A DNA stretch of 64,000 nt from an uncultured Gammaproteobacteria bacterium. Its GTDB lineage: Bacteria > Patescibacteriota > Microgenomatia > Woykebacterales > RBG-16-39-9b. Location of the stretch: NCBI GenBank assembly GCA_964360785.1, contig CAYHXX010000003.1, positions 22,911-86,910 of the forward strand, written 5' to 3'. Below are positions 58,518-64,000 of the stretch, in pieces. A program made the translations under genes and the position numbers. Below the pieces are notes generated by a model, which saw only the letters and a program-made list of their open reading frames with translations, made no database searches and was not told the DNA's origin. Every line of letters begins with the position of its first letter. Within the stretch, counting starts at the first letter, position 1.

Positions 58518-59703
58518 GAAACTTTGGCTAGTAGTAGCAATCGTTGCTTTTCTCATTCTTGGTCTGAGAATCTCCTTTTACTACAATTCAAAGCAAACAG
58601 AAGGCAATATCACTGTTAAAGGTCAAGTGCTAACCGAGCCGTATTTGAGGAAAGGCGAATATAACTTCAGGGTCGATCGTTTCCAGGTGGTTACCAAGTA
58701 TCAGAATATTAGCTTTGGAGATAACGTTTTAGTCGAAGGTGAATTAAGAGACAGGGTTATTCGAGCTTCAAAAGTTTTGGTCTTGCCACAAACTGGGATC
58801 GAAGGGTTTCTCACAAAAACTCGATTAGGTTTGAATAGGAGACTACTTGAGAATTTTCCAAGCCCACAGTCTCAACTTCTTTCTGGAATTGTATTGGGAG
58901 TAAAATCTAACCTCAATAAAGATTTTAAACAGAGTCTGGTAAATACAGGCACCCTTCACGTAGTGGTAGTTTCTGGTTACAACATCGCACTGGTTGCTGG
59001 GTTTGGTTTGTCTCTAAGCTTCTTGATTGGGAGAAGAAAGGCGAGTTTGTTCGCTGGAGTGCTTGTTATCGTCTACACTTTACTAGTTGGGGTCTCAGCC
59101 CCAACTTTGAGAGCTACAATTATGGCACTACTGACAATAGCTGGTACTTTGTTTGGTAGGCAAGTCTTAGCCGGGTATCTACTTTTCCTGACTGCTTACT
59201 TGCTGATACTGATTTCTCCGGAGAACTTAGTAGACGTTTCGTTTCAGCTGACTTTCCTGGCAACACTAGGTTTGATAATCTTCAGCAATCCGTTTAGTAA
59301 TTACCTGGGGAGATTGCCAAGGCAGCTTCGTGAACCATTAGCGACAACACTAGCTGCCCAGGTTCTAGTTGTGCCGATAATCTTTTTTTATTTTGGGAAT
59401 GTACCGCTGCTTTCTCCTTTGATAAACATTTTAGTACTCTGGACTGTTCCACTGATCACAGTTGCCGGTTTTCTTTATTTGTTCTTGCTTCAAGTAAGTA
59501 TTTTACTAGCCCACTTCTTAGGTTATTTATTGTTGGTTCCTTTAACTTTCTTTGTTCAAGTAGTCGTATTTTTTGGAAAGTTTGACTCCTTCGTATTCCA
59601 GAGTGAGCGTGGTAATTGGCTAGTAATTTCAGGATACTTACTCTTGCTGCTGGCTTTACTGATCGTTATTTTGAGAAGGAATAGAGGAAAGGAGCTAGAT
59701 TAG
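58507..59703 (+). CDS. comEC: ComEC/Rec2 membrane (Competence) domain protein
   Basis: LLSGIVLG, TGTLHVVVVSGYN, PTLRA, DVSFQLTF, N...VP; multiple TMs. Confidence 0.88.
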   Translation: MLTKKLWLVVAIVAFLILGLRISFYYNSKQTEGNITVKGQVLTEPYLRKGEYNFRVDRFQVVTKYQNISFGDNVLVEGELRDRVIRASKVLVLPQTGIEGFLTKTRLGLNRRLLENFPSPQSQLLSGIVLGVKSNLNKDFKQSLVNTGTLHVVVVSGYNIALVAGFGLSLSFLIGRRKASLFAGVLVIVYTLLVGVSAPTLRATIMALLTIAGTLFGRQVLAGYLLFLTAYLLILISPENLVDVSFQLTFLATLGLIIFSNPFSNYLGRLPRQLREPLATTLAAQVLVVPIIFFYFGNVPLLSPLINILVLWTVPLITVAGFLYLFLLQVSILLAHFLGYLLLVPLTFFVQVVVFFGKFDSFVFQSERGNWLVISGYLLLLLALLIVILRRNRGKELD

Positions 59704-59704
59704 T

Positions 59705-60553
59705 TTGAAAAGAAATTTTTGGATTCTGCTTGTCAGCGTACTTATTTTAGGAAACATCTTAGTCTGGTCTTTGCTTTCAGGTTCTAGAGAGAAGCAGTTT
59801 TCTGTAAGTTTTTATAATGTTGGCCAAGGGGATTCTGCTTTGATCCAAACTCCAGATGGCTACAACATACTTGTTGATGGCGGTCCAAACAACAAAGTTT
59901 CAGAATATTTAAATAAGGATTTACCCGTGAACGACAGAGAGCTGGATTTGGTTATCCTTACCCACCCACAATCAGATCACATGTATGGTTTGATCAATGT
60001 AGTTAAGAATTTCAAAGTAAAGAAAATCATCACTACCAGCGCCAGTAACACTACTAGTGAGTATAAGTTATGGATTGATACAGTAAAAAATAAAGGTTTG
60101 AATCTAAACTTTGCCAAAGCGGGGAACAGTATTACCTTGACGGACAACGTAACTTTGAAGTTCAATTGGCCAGACACAGATGGAAAGCAGGAAGCAGCCG
60201 ACTTAAACATGGCCTCAGTGGTGTTAACAGTTAGCTACAACGATTTGGATATATTAATGACTGGGGATGCTGATATGCAGGTACAGCCGTATAGCGATGC
60301 AAGTAAAGAGATAGAGGTTTTGAAGGTACCCCATCATGGTTCCAAAACCTCCTTAAAGCAGGACTTCCTAGAGAAAATAAACCCGAAAGTTTCTGTCATT
60401 AGTGTTGGCAAGTCTAACAGCTATGGTCACCCAAACCCTTTACTACTCGAGCAGCTGGGAAAAATTAAAAGCAAGGTTTTCCGGACAGATCTCAGCGGGA
60501 CCATCAAAATTGTCAGCGATGGTCAAAAATGGTACACTCAAACGGAGAAATGA
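59705..60553 (+). CDS. ComEC C-terminal metallo-beta-lactamase domain as a separate gene
   Basis: NVGQGDS, ILVDGG, THPQSDH, LMTGD, KVPHHGS, N.YGHP, RTD..G. Confidence 0.88.
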   Translation: MKRNFWILLVSVLILGNILVWSLLSGSREKQFSVSFYNVGQGDSALIQTPDGYNILVDGGPNNKVSEYLNKDLPVNDRELDLVILTHPQSDHMYGLINVVKNFKVKKIITTSASNTTSEYKLWIDTVKNKGLNLNFAKAGNSITLTDNVTLKFNWPDTDGKQEAADLNMASVVLTVSYNDLDILMTGDADMQVQPYSDASKEIEVLKVPHHGSKTSLKQDFLEKINPKVSVISVGKSNSYGHPNPLLLEQLGKIKSKVFRTDLSGTIKIVSDGQKWYTQTEK

Positions 60554-60580
60554 AGCCATTACAGGATTAGTTGATACAAT

Positions 60581-62155
60581 ATGATCAAGAAAGCTATATT
60601 AGAAAGAATAAACAGTGCCTTGCAAGCCGAAGAGCTAAGCTTTTCGGGTGTCTCTCTGGAAGAATCTTCTTTCGGTGATTATTCGACAAGTTTTCCACTA
60701 AAGCTAGGTAAGTTCAAGTCTTATCAGACTCCAGATGAAGTTGCTAGATTTTTTGTGTCTGTGCTGGCGAAGAATGAGCTGTTTTCAGAAGTCACTTTTT
60801 CCAAACCTGGTTTCATAAACTTCAGAATAAACCAAAAAGAAGCCGGAAAACTTCTGTCCGAAGTCCTTGAGCAGAAAGAAAACTTTGGTAAGACCAAGGA
60901 CTTTATTGGTAAGAAAGCTCGGGTTGAATATGTATCGGCCAATCCTACTGGCCCCCTTCACATAGGTAATGCTCGGGGAGGGCCTTTGGGTAGTAGTTTG
61001 GCTTCAGTCTTGGAGTGGAATGGCTATAGTGTGATACAGGAGTATCTACATAATGACATCGGTTCGCAAATAGACAATCTTGGGGCAAGTTTACTTAATT
61101 TACGAAAAGGAGGAAGGCTTGAAGATCAGGAGTATAAAGGTGAGTACTTGCTTGAATTACAGAAGGTTTTGCCAAAAGAAATTGACTCAAGTCAGGAAGC
61201 CGGTAAGTGGGCAGCGGACAAAATGTTGCAAGAGATACTTAATGATCTAGATAAAATTGGAATAAAATATAACAAAATATATAAAGAAAGTGAATTTGAA
61301 GCTTCTAAAACCGAGCAGATTCTCAAGGTTTTGGAAGATAAGTCGCTGCTCAAGGAAAAAGATGGGGCGAAGTGGTTTGCACCGGGCGGTGAGTATATGC
61401 AGGATAAAGAAGCAGTTGTGGTCAGATCTGATGGCCGACCGACTTACTTTGCTAACGACATCGCTTACCACAATGAAAAGTTCTCCGAAGGTTATGATCT
61501 CGTCATCGATGAGCTTGGTTCCGGCCATGATGGTCATATCCCTAAGCTAAAAGCAGTTATCTCAGCTCTTGGTTACGACGTAAACAAATTTAAAGTAATA
61601 GTGCACCAGAATGTTAGAGTAAAGAGGGGAAAGATAATAGTCAAAATGTCCAAGCGGGCAGGAAACTACGTGACTGCACGTGAGGTGTTTGATGAAGTTG
61701 GGTCAGATGCTTTTCGTTTCTTACTCTTGATGTCCTCGCCAAACTCGCACCTGGATTTTGACCTTGATCTTGCCAAGAAACAAAGTAGCGAAAACCCAGT
61801 CTACTATGTGCAGTATGCTCACGCTCGAATTTGCAGCATCTTAAGTAAAGCAGATTTGAGTACAAACCGGTTTGATCCAAGCTTGCTCGAGACTAATGAA
61901 GAAAAAGAACTCACCAGAAAGATTCTTGAATTTCCTGATCTTCTTTCTGAGGTTGGACAAAATTTTATGGTTCACCAGATCGCCCACTACTGCATTTCTG
62001 TAGCTGATTTGTTTCACAAATTTTACGAAAAAGTTCATGTGCTCAACGAAGACAAAGATCTCACCAAAGCTCGTTTGGCTTTAGTAAAAGCTACTCAAAT
62101 CGTACTCGCAAACAGCCTCAGCCTTTTAGGAGTAAGTGCTCCTGAAAAAATGTAA
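60581..62155 (+). CDS. argS: Arginine--tRNA ligase
   Basis: FGDYS, PGFINF, EYVSANPTGPLHIGNARG, KMSKRAG, NPVYYVQYAHAR, LGVSAPEKM. Confidence 0.96.
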   Translation: MIKKAILERINSALQAEELSFSGVSLEESSFGDYSTSFPLKLGKFKSYQTPDEVARFFVSVLAKNELFSEVTFSKPGFINFRINQKEAGKLLSEVLEQKENFGKTKDFIGKKARVEYVSANPTGPLHIGNARGGPLGSSLASVLEWNGYSVIQEYLHNDIGSQIDNLGASLLNLRKGGRLEDQEYKGEYLLELQKVLPKEIDSSQEAGKWAADKMLQEILNDLDKIGIKYNKIYKESEFEASKTEQILKVLEDKSLLKEKDGAKWFAPGGEYMQDKEAVVVRSDGRPTYFANDIAYHNEKFSEGYDLVIDELGSGHDGHIPKLKAVISALGYDVNKFKVIVHQNVRVKRGKIIVKMSKRAGNYVTAREVFDEVGSDAFRFLLLMSSPNSHLDFDLDLAKKQSSENPVYYVQYAHARICSILSKADLSTNRFDPSLLETNEEKELTRKILEFPDLLSEVGQNFMVHQIAHYCISVADLFHKFYEKVHVLNEDKDLTKARLALVKATQIVLANSLSLLGVSAPEKM

Positions 62156-62226
62156 CTTACTTCTGCTCAAATTTCCCGTGATAGGTTAGAATAGCAAAGA
62201 ACCAATTTATCATTTTTGTTTGTGGT

Positions 62227-63063
62227 ATGAAAAATTTCTTTATTGTGGCTACGGCCGTCATATTATTTGCAGGACTTTTACTGGCGCTAAGTGCTTACTT
62301 AGGTAGGGATCTACTGGTGAGTTTGCAAAATTCCGTTACTTCGACAAACAAAGCGAATGGCTCCAAGCTGGTTACCGAATTTGCAATTGTTAGTGATACT
62401 CACAGTGATACGCAGCAGTCGGAAAAAGCCTTACAACAAATAAAGTCATTAGGGTTAGGTTACATTGTACATACCGGAGACTGGACAAAAGTAGGAACTA
62501 GGGAAGAACTGCTCGAGCAGAAGAAGCTTTTTGATAATACGGGTCTTCCTTATTGGGGAATTATGGGTGATCACGACCGTTGGCAGTCTCAAGAAAAAAA
62601 TTTCGACTCGGTTTTTGGAGCGCGCTATGAAGTTTTTGAGAAGAATAGTATTACCCATATTCTGATGGATTCTTCCGATCTGAATAATGGACTTGGGGAA
62701 GCGCAGCTGGATTGGTTAGAATTAGTTTTGAAGAAGAATAAATACAAAAAGAAACTGATCTTTATGCATTTACCTGCCTACCATCCGACAAGCGACCGTA
62801 CTGTTGCTAGCAAAGCCGGGCAGGACAGTTCTCGCGAACAAGAGGTGAATAGGTTTCTGAAGCTGATAAAAGATCAAAACGTCCTCGCGATCTTCTCCGG
62901 AGATCATCATTTGTCAGCTAGCTATACAGAACCCACTACCTCTGTTAAAATATTCATCTCTGGTGCGGTGACAAGTGAACGAAACCTACAGTCGCCCCGC
63001 TTCACAAAAGTAGAGGTGTATGACAATGGTTTTGTCAGTGTAAGCGACCAAGTGATAAATTAG
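62227..63063 (+). CDS. Membrane-anchored calcineurin-like metallophosphoesterase
   Basis: SDTH, TGD, GDHD, MHLP, SGDHH; N-terminal TM. Confidence 0.85.
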   Translation: MKNFFIVATAVILFAGLLLALSAYLGRDLLVSLQNSVTSTNKANGSKLVTEFAIVSDTHSDTQQSEKALQQIKSLGLGYIVHTGDWTKVGTREELLEQKKLFDNTGLPYWGIMGDHDRWQSQEKNFDSVFGARYEVFEKNSITHILMDSSDLNNGLGEAQLDWLELVLKKNKYKKKLIFMHLPAYHPTSDRTVASKAGQDSSREQEVNRFLKLIKDQNVLAIFSGDHHLSASYTEPTTSVKIFISGAVTSERNLQSPRFTKVEVYDNGFVSVSDQVIN

Positions 63064-63065
63064 CC

Positions 63066-64000
63066 ATGATTGATATAAAAAAGCAAGTTGTCAGTAATAA
63101 TCTAAGAGTGCTAACAGCTGAAATGAAGTCCGTAAAGTCAGCTACGGTTTTGCTTTTGGTCAAAGCTGGTAGTCGTTACGAGACCAAGAACCTTAACGGT
63201 ATTGCTCACTTTGCGGAACATATGTTTTTCAAAGGAACAAAGAAACGACCAACAGCGGTTGAGATAGCCTCGCTCATTGATGGTTTGGGGGCGGAGTTTA
63301 ACGCCTTTACCTCAAAAGAATACACTGGTTTTTATATCAAAGCCGCAAGTTCTCACCTGGAGCTGGTCAGCGAAGTGCTTTCAGACATGCTCCTGAATTC
63401 AAAATTTGACCAAGAGGAAATAAATCGCGAGCGCAACGTTATCGCCGAAGAGCTGAGAATGTACCTTGACACCCCGATGCGCTATGTTGGTGATATCTAT
63501 GAAGAACTTCTCTACGGGGATCAACCGTTGGGCTGGGATACAGTCGGGACACTAGAGTCTTTAGCAAATATCCAGAGAGAAGACTTCCTCAGCTATAACA
63601 GCAAGTTTTATCTTGGCCCAAACATGATATTTGTAGCTGGTGGTGATGTTAATGAATTTCGGGCAAAGGAATTAGCAGAAAAATATTTCGCTTCTTTGCC
63701 GGACAGGCCTTCACCCAAATTTCTGCCAATAAAGTACAGCCAAGAGAAACCAGCTCTCAGACTTTTCTACAAAGACAGCGAACAGGCCCATCTTTGTCTC
63801 GGTGTTCGAGCATTTGCGCTCGGCAACCCTGACAGATACAAGAGCGCAGTGCTAAACGCAATCATTGGGTCTTCAATGAGTTCTAGGTTGTTTATTCAGC
63901 TGCGGGAGCGACGCGGTTTGGCTTATTACGTACGCTCAGGCAACGAAGAGTATCATGACGCTGGTTCCTTTGCCGCCCAAGCAGGAGTGGATCCAAAAAA
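63066..64000 (+). CDS. M16 (pitrilysin-family) zinc peptidase, runs off right edge
   Basis: ATG 63066 MIDIKK...AGSRYE...GIAHFAEHMFFKGT (HxxEH), NAFTS, SSRLF..LRERRGLAY; not in the ORF track. Confidence 0.9.
   Translation, partial: MIDIKKQVVSNNLRVLTAEMKSVKSATVLLLVKAGSRYETKNLNGIAHFAEHMFFKGTKKRPTAVEIASLIDGLGAEFNAFTSKEYTGFYIKAASSHLELVSEVLSDMLLNSKFDQEEINRERNVIAEELRMYLDTPMRYVGDIYEELLYGDQPLGWDTVGTLESLANIQREDFLSYNSKFYLGPNMIFVAGGDVNEFRAKELAEKYFASLPDRPSPKFLPIKYSQEKPALRLFYKDSEQAHLCLGVRAFALGNPDRYKSAVLNAIIGSSMSSRLFIQLRERRGLAYYVRSGNEEYHDAGSFAAQAGVDPK

Overview
Bacterial chromosomal window. Code 11, near-absence of SD motifs, giant T/S/G-rich surface proteins, split ComEC and dispersed short palindromes suggest Patescibacteria/CPR (Microgenomates-like); this taxon is an inference. 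Contents: (i) Four minus-strand genes for membrane-anchored fibre-like proteins: >4800 aa (14425 to beyond the left edge, absent from the ORF track), 2510, 1103 and 984 aa. Each starts with a DNA-binding-like cytoplasmic domain (MerR-like x3, integrase-N-like x1), and all share a CTGCC(C/T) motif just before the ATG. (ii) Divergent from the largest gene, an F-type ATPase-derived operon (c-like, b, delta, alpha, gamma, beta, displaced epsilon) with no a subunit. Its c-like subunit lacks the ion-carrying carboxylate and is fused to an exported domain homologous to the C-terminal domain of the fibre proteins. (iii) A partly duplicated signalling block: FN3/SxxS-thioredoxin proteins, output-less Cache/CHASE4 sensors, one histidine kinase and three stand-alone receivers. 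(iv) A RAYT-type transposase with about 10 REP-like palindromes. (v) An SGNH-dockerin pair, a WxL-like surface cluster, leuS, comEA/comEC, argS, a metallophosphoesterase and a partial M16 peptidase. Best candidate for an undescribed system: a non-bioenergetic F1/c-ring motor linked to giant surface fibres. All family calls are by-eye motif recognition; no searches were run.
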